From Takakia lepidozioides (Eukaryota; Plantae; Bryophyta): a stretch of DNA of 64,000 nt. The stretch is from assembly GCA_030704615.1 (NCBI GenBank), contig CM060732.1:16244001-16308000 (forward strand), given 5' to 3'. Each line of letters starts with the position of its first letter. Positions within the stretch are counted from its first letter, which is position 1. Positions 51,101 to 63,483 of this stretch are shown here, in pieces. Below the pieces are notes generated by a model, which worked only from the letters and a program-made list of their open reading frames with translations, had not been told where the DNA came from and did no database searches. The position numbers and the translations under genes are program-made.

Positions 51101-52514
51101 TCACCTCTTGTCCTGTTATTCAAGGTCAAAAGCTGAAGCTCTTCTAGACAGTTAATTAACCGTCTGCCATTAGAATTCAGCTCGTCCTCACCAAAAGGTC
51201 CAATGATATCGTCCTGATGGATCCCTTTGCCCACCCGGGCATTGAAGTCCCCCAATAGTACCACCTGACCTTTGGCAAGGAACGAAGCACAGTCCAGCTT
51301 TACATCTTCGAAGGCCTTGTCTGCGTCAGCACTAAGGGTCCCCTCTGTGGGCATGTAAACACAACCAACAAAGAGGTCCTTTGTACTCATGCCGCCCTTC
51401 AAATTCAGTTTTAGCCAGATACTATGCTCGTACCTCAAACCCTTGTTGATAATTTCACAATTGTTCTGTGGGCATGTAAACAACCGACAAAGAGGTCCTT
51501 CCTACTCACGCCGCCCTTCAATTTCAGTTTCATCCAGATACTGTGCTCATACCGCAAATCCTTGTTGATAATTTCACAACTGTCACACAAGAAATCTCGG
51601 ACAAAGAAGCCAACACCTTTTTGACCACAATTGGCAGAGGCCACCTTAAGCCCACACATCTTACCAAACCACGTATAACCGTTGACATCTCCAACCAGTT
51701 TGTCTGAAGTTTCCCATGTCTCTTGCCCTGCACAGGTATGAATACCATTTGCCTGAAGAACTTATCCCACTTCAAATTGTTTCCTAGCCCCGAGTAGTTG
51801 AAAGTGCCCAGCCGCAAGCCAGCCTTTTGCATATGGAGTGTTTGCCGTCTAGGTGGCCTATGATTGCTCCTGGACGACCAACCGATCTGCAAAGGGGGGT
51901 CAATTACCACGTGTGTAGATTTTGATCGTCTTGTGTAAACTTTGAGGATTGGCAAACTGTTCAGAGTACCATATCCTTAAGTCACTCGACGCTCAGACTC
52001 AGCACACATAGGGCAGCTAGCCTGTCTGGCTGCTTGGTATCAAGTATCAACCTCATCAAGGGCTTCAATCTGGTTAGAAACTTTCAAGTTGAAGTCCGCA
52101 CCGTTGGCTGTCTTCCTAGAGGGCCTCGTTGAATCACCAATGTCTAGAGTACCTCTTGAATCTAGTCTCGGGATGGAGCCATTAGCCACATAATCCAAGC
52201 CTAAGCTGGAGCAGGAGTTCTAAAGGACACATCGTCCATCCTGGGATTCACTTCAAAAAACTACACATGAAGCCCTAGATTTGGCATATGTAAGGAATGA
52301 CCCTCAGGGGAATCAGGGTGATTCCCGTGTAGACAAATTCTAAAGAGGGAGAGGCCCCAAACTCTCCAACAAATCCAATGTACTACCTTACCCAAAGCAG
52401 AGTGCTTCAGGTCAAAACAAACAAAGACATGAGGTCAGAAGGCCAGCGTTAGTCAGAGACCTTTATCTACTCCCATATCAAGTCCACCCAATGGCAATAG
52501 GCTTCCTAGAGGGC
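48109..52514 (-). mobile_element. LINE copy 1 (APE-RT-C-terminal CCHC; RTEX-like), near full length, chimeric 5' part, flanked by (GA)n
   Basis: APE motifs LGTFN, QETW, GVGFF, VLLGDFNARVG, SIVDYI, TSDHFLV; RT NYRGITLL, QAGFR, LDVKKAYDTV, GVAQGCTLSP, MFADD, YLG; AVRGEFG; CPLC..HFLIHC. GAGAGAGA at 48101 and (AG)9 at 52515-52532. Confidence 0.95.
48115..51483 (-). CDS. LINE endonuclease/reverse transcriptase ORF, open except for one in-frame TGA at 48928-48930
   Basis: The 851-aa and 256-aa ORFs are in the same frame, linked by SS*RDEFKVRWWGQLQH. Confidence 0.9.
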
Positions 52515-53178
52515 AGAGAGAGAGAGAGAGAGCTCTCACTGAGCAATCCCAATGACACTCAGTCACAACTATCTTTAGGCTGGCTCAAAATTTCTTGATC
52601 TTGCACAGTTGACAACAAGTGAGGAATAAGTTCAGAGTGCTGGTTTAAGGGCTGACATTGCACCATACTGGAACATCATGTTGATAGCATCACTGCTTCT
52701 GTAGCCTTCCTGAACAGAGAATTCAGACCGAATTTTACTGCCATTTGAATTTGTACATTAGGGCTATGTGGGAGAGGGGAGATGGGGAGAGGTTTTATTT
52801 CAGGGGGTGTGGGGGGAGGGACGGCGTTGATGTAGGCGGAGACTGTAGTACACAAAGTGAGAGAGTTCCAATCTTAAGAATCGAGTTGGATTTTAGACTC
52901 TGCTCTTCCCTCCCATGTTTCTCAAGGCCTTATAGTTCTCATATGAAGACTGTCTTTGTGGGTTTTCAGACATACACTGTTTTCAACATGGCGGATTGAT
53001 GTGAGTGTCTTCTGTATCCTTTGACAGGTTGGGTTCAGGGAGCGGTACAATAGAGGTGAAGAGGCAACCGGGAAATGGTGTTACATTTGCTCTGACGAAG
53101 AAGTGGAATTAGGAAAAGTGGAATTACACCTGAAGGAGAAACTGCTGCTGCATGGTTTCACTGTGATAGTTTTTGTAG

Positions 53179-56100
53179 AGTGTCCCCAGGAGTTGACATG
53201 ACACAAACAGAAAAAATGGACCTCCCAGTAGGCAGAGAGATGAAGGAAAATGAGGATAAGCTTCTACCTTCTCCTGGAGAATCTCTAGGAATGGGGCCGC
53301 CACATGGGGAAGGAGGCATTGACTCCCCTGTGGACGGTCTGACTAACAAAAGAATAGGAAGACATGAAGTGGAAGGAAGGCAGCCTTTGTCTGTAGATTC
53401 CAACTGTGAGAAAGTGGAATTGCTTGAGCAGCCTGTTGATGAAGTTATGACCGAGATGGTGGAAGTAGTCACTATGACTAAGGCAGAGAAGGTGGACGTT
53501 TTATTCACTAAGGAGGTCACACAGCAAGCCATAGAGCTTCATCCCACTTCAGAGATGTGCATAGAATCTGGATTTCTCTCTGCTGAAGGGGTGAGCGTTG
53601 ACCCACAAGGCAAACAACACAAGGGTGTCACCAATGCTGGCAGGGCTCGGGAAGGGCTTACTAATGAAGAGATGTTAAAAGGTCTGCCACAAGCTTTTGA
53701 AGGGGTGGTAGGTCCTGAGGACCAAAAGGATGATGTTTTGAATGAGGCAGAACCACTGGAAGTTGTAGTCACCAAGGAGGGTATAGCAAGGCAGCAAAGT
53801 GTGTGCTTGGAGATGGGCAGTAAAGATAGAGATGAAGCTTTGACAGTTGATATGTCCTCCAAAGTCAAAGGGATGGTAGTTGTAGTGGACGAGAATAAGT
53901 TGGACAGAAAGAATTCAGTGGCTGAGGAAGTCTTTGTAGGGCCTTGTAATGCAGCAGCAGTCCAACTGAAACATCTTGAGATAGGGCTAGAAGCCCCCTC
54001 AAAGTTATCGTTAAATGTAGGGACCTCTCAAGTAGCTCTTGACCTTGACTTGGAGAAGCCTCTTCTGTCAGACAGAAATCAGCCGGATGCGGTAGATGGA
54101 ATTGCATGGGTTCCAATGCAATCAAGTGAAATAGGGGCTGCAACACCTGTTATACTGAAGCCTGTTGAACTGGAGGGAGTCAATGTCCAAGGGGATGAAG
54201 AGGATGCAGTTGCCATGAGTGGATATGAGCATGTTCCAATGACTGGAGGGATGGCTGATTTGGAGAGTGTGTCTGTTTCTGTTATTGCAAGCCAGGCCAT
54301 TGCAGAGGACAGCATGAGGGATTTCACAGCCAATGGTAGTCCAGTAGATGAGATTGGTCAGGTCTCAGTGAATGCAAACCTTCCCAATGCAATGAATGGC
54401 ACGGAGCCTCTTCCATCAAATAGAAACAACGAGAAACATTTAGCTCCATCTGTTGATGTGGTAGAAGAACCCACTCAAGTTTCTGAATTGGGTGCAGAAA
54501 TATTAGTGGGTTCTACACCAAGTCTGATAAGTGGGCATTCTATGGGTGCTGTGGAGCCAGTTTCATCTGCGGAGCCAAATTCTAAGGCAGAACCATGGTC
54601 AGTGCCTTCCTCTGTCTTTCTGGGATGATGCACAGCAAGCCCAGGTGTGGTCTCAGATTCTTGTTTTTTGGGGGCTCAAGGGAAGTGTGTTGACTGGATA
54701 AATGCTTTTGTTTGATACTGCCCTGTCCATGGCCGTGTTCACCTCTATATCTGGCATAGCCCTATAGGGAAAGGTCGGTGCTTATGACTGTGTTTAAAGG
54801 CATAGTGACATGTAAAAGGTGCTCTGCTGAATTAGCTATGGAGAGTACATGGCTCACGCCCATGTTCTCTTAGGCTTGCTCTGGCTTTATATAGGCCGCT
54901 GATGTCATTCATTGGGGGGCGGGGGGACCACTGTAGCAGCAAAGTGACAGTGCTTGAAGAACCTTTGACAGCAACAGCTTGTGTTGGCACCACCAAAGGT
55001 TTGCTCCTCATTAGGGTCCCCTCAGTTGCTGTTAGCCTTTCATGTATGTCTGTTCCTTCCAGTTCGATTTTGATTTTAGTTTTCTATGCATTATGAGATA
55101 GGCTTTTCTTTCAGTGGCATGCATTACATGTTGCTTGAAAGTATGTATAGTGTGGGGGTCATTCGCCCACATAAATGGCATGAGTGGGGGATGGGGTTCC
55201 AAAAGAGTTCAGTTATGGCTTTATAGTTTACATGAAGTCCTGCTTTCCATGACTGTCCCCGCTGGTGAGCATCATTGTACATCTTCGAGGCCCAACTCAT
55301 CCTAGAACCGCAAGTTTGCCACTTTCTTCCCCATGCACAATCACAGAAAACCACAGTAAAATGTGTCTGTGATCAGTCCTTATGGCTGTGTTTTATACCT
55401 CCAGATTGTATTTCTTTCTCTCAGATGGGGTGGCCCAGGACATTCCAGTCAAAGTAGTGTGGAGCAAACTGACAAACCTACTACACTAAATTGGAAGGCA
55501 ATGGATGCTATACCATTGGCACAAGTGGAAGCTGTGAATGCTGTGGCTAGGTTTCATATAACAGTGCCCTGATATGACAGGAGCAACTGGAGTGAATGTA
55601 GCAGGCGAGGGTAACAGCACTTTAATGGGAAGGCCAAGTTCTGTGGAGCCCAAATCAAGAGAGAAGAAGAGAGCTCGTATGCAAGAGCCAGCAACAGTCA
55701 TGGCTCAAGTGCCCACAGCTGCTGGAGAGACACCATGTGTGTCTTCAGGGCCTTTGGTGGTCATGCCAGTAAATCCGATGCCACCAGATCCCAATGACGT
55801 TTCTTGCTATGCAACTCTGGGTCCTTCTGTTGCACCATCTCACTTTGTGTTTCATAGTTCTGCCCAGGCTACTGGGATTCAGCTTCGGGTGGACACTGAG
55901 AAGCAACTGCAACAGGCACAAACTAGTGCACAAGACGCAATGGTGACTGCAACCTCAGCCCTTGCCCAAAGCCATGTTGCATGGGCGCGCATTCAATCTC
56001 AGGATCCTTCAGATCTAGGGGCTGCGCGGGAGGCGCAGATAGCTTCGTTAGCAGCAACTGTTGCAGCTGCTGCATCAGTTGCCAAGGCTGCTGTTGAGGC

Positions 56101-59100
56101 TGCTAAAGCTATTGCGGAGGCTTCCACTGAAGCTTTCATGCAGGCTGGTCTAAGTCATGAGGGAGCTGTGATGCGAGGTTCAATTGGGTCTGGATTCATA
56201 TCACCTCAGCTTGCATTTGAGAGCACCCGGAACAGGGACCAGCAACCATCGCAGGTACGTGCTTTTGTCATGCATCAATGTTATCTCATCTTTTGTGGGT
56301 CCTTATATTTAGTAAGTAACTATGGCCCCCATTTAACCTACCGATAGGTTGAATTCTGGTTGCTGTAAATAGCATCAATTTGCAAGGGCATCAGTACTTG
56401 GGTTGGTTCTAGTGATGGAGATCCGTGCAGTTGGGGGAAGTTCCATATAATAGATGATTTGTTAACCCCCTAACCTGCACTGTTAGTTACAGGTGGAGTC
56501 CAACCTCGGATATTCTCTTCACCTAGCCAGAGGTGCTCAGTCAAATGGTCTGATGGTCAAATGGTCAGGGGGTGTGGGTAACCCTGTTAGAAGGGTCCAT
56601 TAAAATTTGGAGTGGTCTGCACAGTGCAGAATTATTGAAATAAACACAGATGGTGATGGCTGGTTACTTGAGATGGTGGGATGGTGATGGCTACGGGTCA
56701 CTCAGTAAAGATGAGGGACAGGACTGCACGTCTCATCCACGAAGGAAATTTAGACTTTTATAAACCATGATCTCAAGTTTGAAGAACCACTGTATAATTC
56801 TGAGGCCTGCATTTTGCCTGGTAGGCTGGGTGTTGTGCTTAGACCCTGGATAATATTCTTCAAAGACTGGAAACTTGTGAGTGACGTTGTATAGAGCCCA
56901 CCCCTGACTGGGTCAATAAGGGAAGTGGCTCTTGTTTAAGCTGGCTTCTGCCAAGTTTTTTCTCTCTCTCTTTTGATGTCATATATTTTTTCATTCTTAA
57001 TGGCATTCATTCTGTTATGAGAGGCTGGTTCCTGGTAGCTTTTATTTAGACTGTAGTTGTTGTGGGCTAGCTGCTATAAGAAATGAAAGGGCCTCTTGTG
57101 GTCCATACAATGGTTGTCACTGGTTACTGGTCTCAGATGTACAGAGAGAGATAAACTCCTTGGCTAGCAGTTTTCCCCTGCAGTAGCCAGTTGGCTATAG
57201 AACCTGCACCTAGTTTGACTGGTGTGGAATGCAAAGATTCAAGGAGGGATAGACAAGAAGGGGAGGGTGGGGGGAAGGAAAATGAGCTTATATTTGCCTT
57301 TTGCAGGTGGCACGTGGGAGCCTGTCTGCTGCTGCCAGAGGAAAAGCTAGGAAGAAAGCCACAACAGCTACTGTGGATACACTAGATGCGGTGGCCCAAG
57401 CAGCTGGATTGGCAGCAGAAGCTGCGTCACAAGCAGGAGCTGTTATAGCTACAGGGAACCCCCTTCTGCAGGCAGCGGGCATGGAGGGGTTCTGGAAGAC
57501 CACAGCAGAGGGGGAAGCAAATCAGCAGGGAGAAAGGGGAGTTTCCAAGAAAGGATTGTCTCATAAGGGGAAGGGAGTTAAAGGGACACCCTGTGTGAAT
57601 GGAACCACCCAAAAGCAGATAGATTCACCCCCAACAAAACCACACAAGAAGATAAATAATGCGAAGGCCAAGGAAGCTTCAGTGAAGAAAGACGGACCCA
57701 AGGCTGTATATGAAGACCAAGCAAAGGATTCTCAGATGCCAGATTTCATGGAGCTTGGATTTGGCAGTAACCCTAGAGAGAATTCAGAGATTATCGGAGA
57801 GGGATCAGTTGTTGAGGTCAGTGATTTTCATTGGCCAAGGCGCCTGGCAAGACTGTTATTTATTGTTCTAGATGGAAAAAGTGTATACTTTGGGGGATGA
57901 TGTTCTTGTTTAGGGTGACTCGGCAGGTTTGACCACAACTCTTGTCGAACAGTGCTGTTCACGAGAGGATGGTTTGTTCAGGAGTGGATAATGGTACCTC
58001 GGTCACCTCCATTTCTTAAACTGCTTAACATGTTAAACCTAAGATATCCTGTGCATGCAGGTCATGTCTGAAGAAGAGGGCCTGCGCGGTGGTTGGTTTT
58101 CTGGGAAGGTCCTTGTGATGACAGAAAAAGAAGCTTTGGTGGTTTATGATGAGCTCCTTACGGATGATGGTCTCTCTCTCTCTCTCTCTCTCTCTCCCGG
58201 AGAGAAACCCACTTATGTCTTTTTCCTGGATGTCAAAAAGGCTTATGACACAGTGTGGAGGGATGGCCTATGGTTCCGCCTCTGGTCTTGTGGGATCAAG
58301 GGAAAGATGTGGAGAGTTGTCCACAACTTGTATGCTCACACCAAAAGCTGTGTCACTGTTAACGGACAGAAGTCCAACTTCTTTGACATAGACCAAGGTG
58401 TAGCTCAAGGATGTACTCTCTCCCCTCTGCTCTTCAATGTTTTCATCAATCAACTCCTCGAGGATGTGGAAAGTGAGGGATTTGGGTTAAGGGTGGGTGA
58501 TACCACCATACCAGCCCTTATGTTTGCGGATGACTTCGCAGGCATAGGGGAGACTCCAACCAATCTCCAGGAGTTGATTGATTGCGCGAAGAGATACTTT
58601 GATCTTTGGGGGCTAGAGGCTAATGTCAGCAAATGTGCAGTGGTAGCATTCAACGACAGAGGAGAGGGAGGAAGTGATCTTAAGTGGCAGTGGGGTAGCC
58701 AAGAGATCCCGGTCCTCCCTTCCTACACTTACCTGGGCGTTGAGTTCTCCTCCAATTGTAATTGGGATGCACATATCCGGAAAGTTGTTCAAACTGGCAA
58801 GGGCAAAGCTCTGGGGCTCACTAAATTTTTCCACTGCAGAGGGGTCAACTCTGAGGTTAAGAAAACCATGCTTTGTCGCGTTATTAGACCTGCCTTGGAG
58901 TACGGATCTGCTATATGGGTTGATAACTCCAACCAGGCTAAGTCTCTAGAATCCATTCAAGTGGGGGTGCTTAAGGAGTGTATGTCAGCATGCTCCAAAA
59001 CAGCCAATGTGGCTGTTCGGGGTGAGTTTGGCGTTCCGTCCTTAAGCTCCTGACGAGATGAATTCAAGGTCAGATGGTGGGGTCAGCTGCAACATATGCC

Positions 59101-61601
59101 CAACACCAGATATCCTAAGTTAATCGACTCTATATCTTGGAAACAGGACCGCCCTGTCAAACAGGCTAAGTCCTGGCAGAAGAGAGTAGAAGAGATCCTC
59201 AAGGACCTGGACCTGGATCCGCAAGTCTTGACCCTGCTGGATAAATCTGACTTAGAGGCTGTAGTGTCCAAAGCCATGTCTGTTGCCATGAGATTGTCTG
59301 ATGAAAATGAAGTTAGGCAGAAAACTTCCCTGAACTTGTTTCCAGTCTGTGACATGGGGGAGGACATCTTGGATGACCTCAAGGGTCTACCCACTCTCGG
59401 CACTAGACTGAAATTTAAACTCAGGGCAGGAAGCCTACCTTTGAACAGCAAACAGAAGCAGAGAGGAAAGGGAGAGTGCAATTGCCCGTTGTGTGGGCAA
59501 TCTGAAGACAGTATTCATTTTCTGATACACTGTCCGGGGTTCTCTCACCAAAGAGACGCTCTCTTCAAATCTATTAAGGGAATTGTGCCTGTACCCCTGT
59601 TTACCAACTTTGAAAGTCTCGAGGCTGAGCCAAAAGCCCAGGCCCTCCTGAGGCCTAGTTTTTGGGCAAATCACACACAGCAGATTGATGCTTGTGTGAA
59701 GGGATTTCTAGAGGATATCTGGAAAACCCGGATTAATTCTTTATATGGAGGTAAGTCTTACTACCAACGTCAGCCCCTGACAGAGGTAGGTTCTGTCCCT
59801 TTTGTTCCCGCTCAAACTGGGCGCGGGGTCAATGGCCACAAGGCTACGGCAAACAACGTCTTATGAGTACAATCTCTCTCTATTTTTCTAGCCTAGGACA
59901 TGGGTGATGCCATCATGGATGACCTCAAGACTTTACCCACTCTAGGCACTAGACTGAAATTTAAACTCAGGGCGGAAAGCCTACCTTTGAACAGCAAACA
60001 GATGCAGGGAGGAAAGGGGGATTGCAAATGCCCGTTGTGTGGGCAACCTGAAGACAATATCCACTTTCTGATTCATAGTCCTGGGTACTCTCACCAGAGA
60101 GACACCCTCGTCAAATCCATCAAAGAATGGTTTCTGTACCTCTGTAAACCAACTCTGAAAATCTCGAGGCTGAGCCAAAAGCCCAGGCCCTTTTGGGATC
60201 TAGTTATTGGGCAAATCACACACAGCAGGTTGATGTTTGTGTGAAGGGATTTCTAGGGGATATCTGGAAACCTTGGATCAATTGTCTGTTTCAAGGTAAG
60301 TCACACTACCGGCATCAGTCCCTGACAAAGGTAGTTCCTGTCCCTTTGTGTTCCGCTCAAACTGGGCGCAGGGGTCAATGGCCACAAGGCTACGGCAAAC
60401 AACATCTTATGAGTGCATTCCTTTTGTAGCCTAGGGAAGCAAAGTAATCTCTCTTTTCCAGCTCTGTTTTTCGCTATCCCGTTAGTGGAGGACTACATTG
60501 AGTACACTTGTCTCTCTTGCCCCCAGCCTCAGAGCTTGTGATGGGGAAAACCTTGTGATCCATTGCGGAACTCTTACTGTGCTCCCCTACAGAAGCCTCT
60601 TTGGTGCTATATGTTGTTGGGATTGTCATTCAGCTACTTGCTTCTCAGGATCAACCATCCCTAGGGAGCAGCTCTGGCAATCTCTGGCCAAAATGCCAAC
60701 TCATGTTGAACTTTGTTGAATGATGATGCATATTTAGCATACAATTCTATATAATCTTAGGGTACCTTTCCATCTAAACCCCACTCCCCCAGGATTCGCT
60801 ATTTGGAATAATGGGTGATCACCAAAAAATAGTGGGTAAAGGGTTTCCATCTACCCAAGCATAGTGGGCACCCACTATTGGGAAATGCTGGCTAGCACTG
60901 GGAGGTTGTGTTGACAACGCGGTTACTGCAGCCAAAAGCCCACAAAGTTGCTCACCTACTATAGGGGGTGCAATGACCTACATGTTCCGGTGATCTTGAA
61001 ATAGTTGGTGCCCACTCTCCTGGTTGGTTGGGGGGCGCACCCACCAGCAGAGTGGGTGAGTAGGTGTAGATGGAATGGCACCCTTAGCTTCCATTGCTGG
61101 CACTTACAGACCAGAGATCATTGGATGAGCATAGTCCAGCATGATTATCTGGGATGTGAATCCTTTGCTCTTCAATCCAGTTCTGGAGATGTTTAGTATG
61201 AGCAGCTTAAGTAGGCTTGATTGTTTGATGTTAATCACAATTTGCGCAAGTAGCAGGAACCTACTATTTGTTTGATTCTGATAGATCATAAAATTTGTTT
61301 TAAGTATTCTTCGTGAGTTTGGAACTAGGACTTTCCTTCTGGCCTGCATAATATCTTTGCAATGATATGCCAAATTCCTATTATGAAGATGTGGCTCTCT
61401 TGCTTCAGGGGCTTCCAAGCTCAAAGAGTGGTTTCCACTCAGTGCTTCAGTAGGGGAATTGTCTGGCACTTGGCGACAAATGCGCCCAGTTCACCCTTTC
61501 AGCTTTGTTGAGGAAGCTGGCTCAAGGAAGCGACGCCGTGTAGCCATGGGCTCTCAAGCCTGGAAGATAGGAGACCATGTGGATGCCTTCATCCAGGATG
61601 G
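53179..61601 (+). CDS. SWO1: G2484-1/SWOLLEN1-like Agenet (plant Tudor) domain gene, partial. Exons about 53179-54597, (55425-)55574-56254, 57307-57816, 58061-58169, 61409-61601; continues beyond the window
   Basis: EAQIASLAATVAAAASVAKAA; LDAVAQAAGLAAEAASQAGAVIATGNPL; IGEGSVVE|VMSEEEGLRGGWFSGKVL..YDELLTDDG|ASKLKEW..RPVHP..RKRRRVAM..WKIGDHVDA. The last four exons splice in frame with GT-AG introns. 5' exons are uncertain, with a possible frameshift near 55570. Confidence 0.85.
58171..58196 (+). repeat. (TC)13 microsatellite starting within the splice donor
   Basis: GATG|GTCTCTCTC... Confidence 0.95.
58200..59872 (+). mobile_element. LINE copy 2, 5'-truncated, nearly identical to copy 1
   Basis: Same RT and C-terminal peptides as copy 1; ends TTATGAGTACAA-TCTCTCTC. 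Confidence 0.96.
59897..60420 (+). mobile_element. LINE copy 3, older 3' fragment
   Basis: MGDAIMDDLKTLPTLGTRLKFKLR..CPLC; ends TTATGAGTGCATTC; TTTT(C/G)TAGCCTAGG on both sides (TSD-like). Confidence 0.92.
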
Positions 61602-61638
61602 GTAAGAGACTCTCTCTCTCTCTCTCTCTCTGTGTGTT

Positions 61639-61672
61639 AAGGCTACGGCAAACAACGTCTTATGAGTACATT
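61639..61672 (+). mobile_element. LINE copy 4, about 34-bp 3' tip between (CT)n tracts
   Basis: AAGGCTACGGCAAACAACGTCTTATGAGTACATT follows the (CT)n at 61610-61631 and is followed by CTCTCTCTCT. Confidence 0.85.
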
Positions 61673-61680
61673 CTCTCTCT

Positions 61681-63483
61681 CTGTTCCGCTCAAACAGTGA
61701 AATCAACTCAAACCACCATGGTGGTAATGACAGGAGATTCTGGTTGGCCCTTCAACGTTTGTACAAGCTGAAAAACTGTCAGCAAGTACAAGCGCTGAAG
61801 ACTACTAAGGGTGCAGTGGTGACTTCAACGGTTGACATTGTCAAAACCTTTGAACCCACTACAGTATCCTTGGCAGAACTTCTAGGTCTAACAGTGAGGG
61901 TCCTCTGAAGAATGGAAGGACACAATTGGAAAAACTGTTCCTATTATTCAAAACAGCCCTAATGAACTGGAGTATATTTCAAAGGCTTACAACGCTCTCG
62001 TTAGTTCTTCTGAGATTGTGGAAGCAAGTGAGCATTTAAACGGATATAAAGCTGGTGGACCTGATGGCATAGTCAACGAGCTTGTCAAGCACGGTGGCGA
62101 TCCCATGATAGAGGCCCTAGTTCTCCTCTTTAACCTTATTTGGAAGACTGAAATGATCCCCTTTCACTGGTGACAGGGGGTCATTGTCAATCTATACAAG
62201 AAGGGTGACAGAGAAGAACCGAGGAACTACCGTGGCATCACGCTCCTCAATGCTGTTGGCAAGATATTTTGCAGAGTTATAAGTACTCGGCTCGAGGTTG
62301 ATCTGGAATCTAGAGGTTGTTTCCACGAAGGCCAAGCTGGCTTTCGGTGAAACAGGGGCTGTGTGGATCATATCTTCACTCTAAACCAGATTATCCAGGG
62401 AAGGAAAAAAGAACAGAAACCCACTTATGTTTTTTTCTTGGATGTCAAAAAGGCTTATGACACAGTGTGGAGAGATGGTCTATGGCTCCGCCTCTGGTCA
62501 TGTGGGATCAAGGGAAAGATGTGGAGAGTTGTCCATAACTTGTATGCTCACACCAAAAGTTGTGTCACTGTTAATGGACAGAAGTCTAACTTCTTTGACA
62601 TAGACCAAGGTGTAGCTCAAGGATGTACCCTCTCCCCTCTGCTCTTCAATGTTTTCATCAATCAACTCCTCGAGGATGTGGAAAGTGAGGGATTGGGGTT
62701 AAGGGTGGGTGATGCCACCATACCAGCCCTTATGATTGCGTATGACTTCGCAGGCATAGGGGATACTCCTTCCAACCTCCAGGAGTTGATTGACTCCAAC
62801 CAGGCGAAGTCTCTAGAATCCATTCAAGTGGGGGTGCTTAAGGAGTGCATGTCAGCATGCTCCAAAACAGCCAATGTGGCTGTTTGGGGTGAGTTTGGCA
62901 TCCCTTCCTTAAGCTCCCGATGAGATGAATTCAAGGTCAGATGGTGGGTTCAGCTGCAACACATGTCCAACACCAGATATCCTAAGTTAATGGACTCTAT
63001 ATCTTGGAAACAGGACCGCCCTGTCAAACAGGCTAAGTCCTGGCAGAAGAGAGTAGAAGAGATTCTCAAGGATCTGAATCTGGATCCGCAAGTCTTGACC
63101 CTGCTGGATAAATCTGACTTAGAGGCTGTAGTGTCCAAAGCCATGTCTGTTGCCAGGAAATTGTCTGATGAAAATGAAGTTAGGCAGAAAACTTCCCTGA
63201 ACTTGTTTCCAGTCTGTGACATGGGGGAGGACATCATGGATGACCTCAAGGGTCTACCCACTCTCGGCAGGAAGCCTACCTTTGAACAGCAAACAGAAGC
63301 AGAGAGGAAAGGGAGAGTGCAATTGCCCGTTGTGTGGGCAACCCGAAGACAATATTCATTCTCTCTAGTCCTACTACTGGAGTGAGCCCTCAGAAAGGTA
63401 GTGTATGTTCCCTCTTGTTCCGCCCGAACCGGGCACAGGGTCTGTGGCCACAAGGCTACGGCAAACTTCTTATGAGTACATTC
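61681..63483 (+). mobile_element. LINE copy 5, older, 5'-truncated, with internal deletions and stops
   Basis: Homologous to copy 1 from about 50500 to the 3' end; deletions near 62792 and 63268; ends TTATGAGTACATTCTCTTGCTCTCTCTC. Confidence 0.93.

Noticed and set aside
51960-52514. LINE ORF1 or 5' self-cleaving ribozyme
   Set aside because: Too degenerate; no convincing ORF or ribozyme fold could be read by eye.
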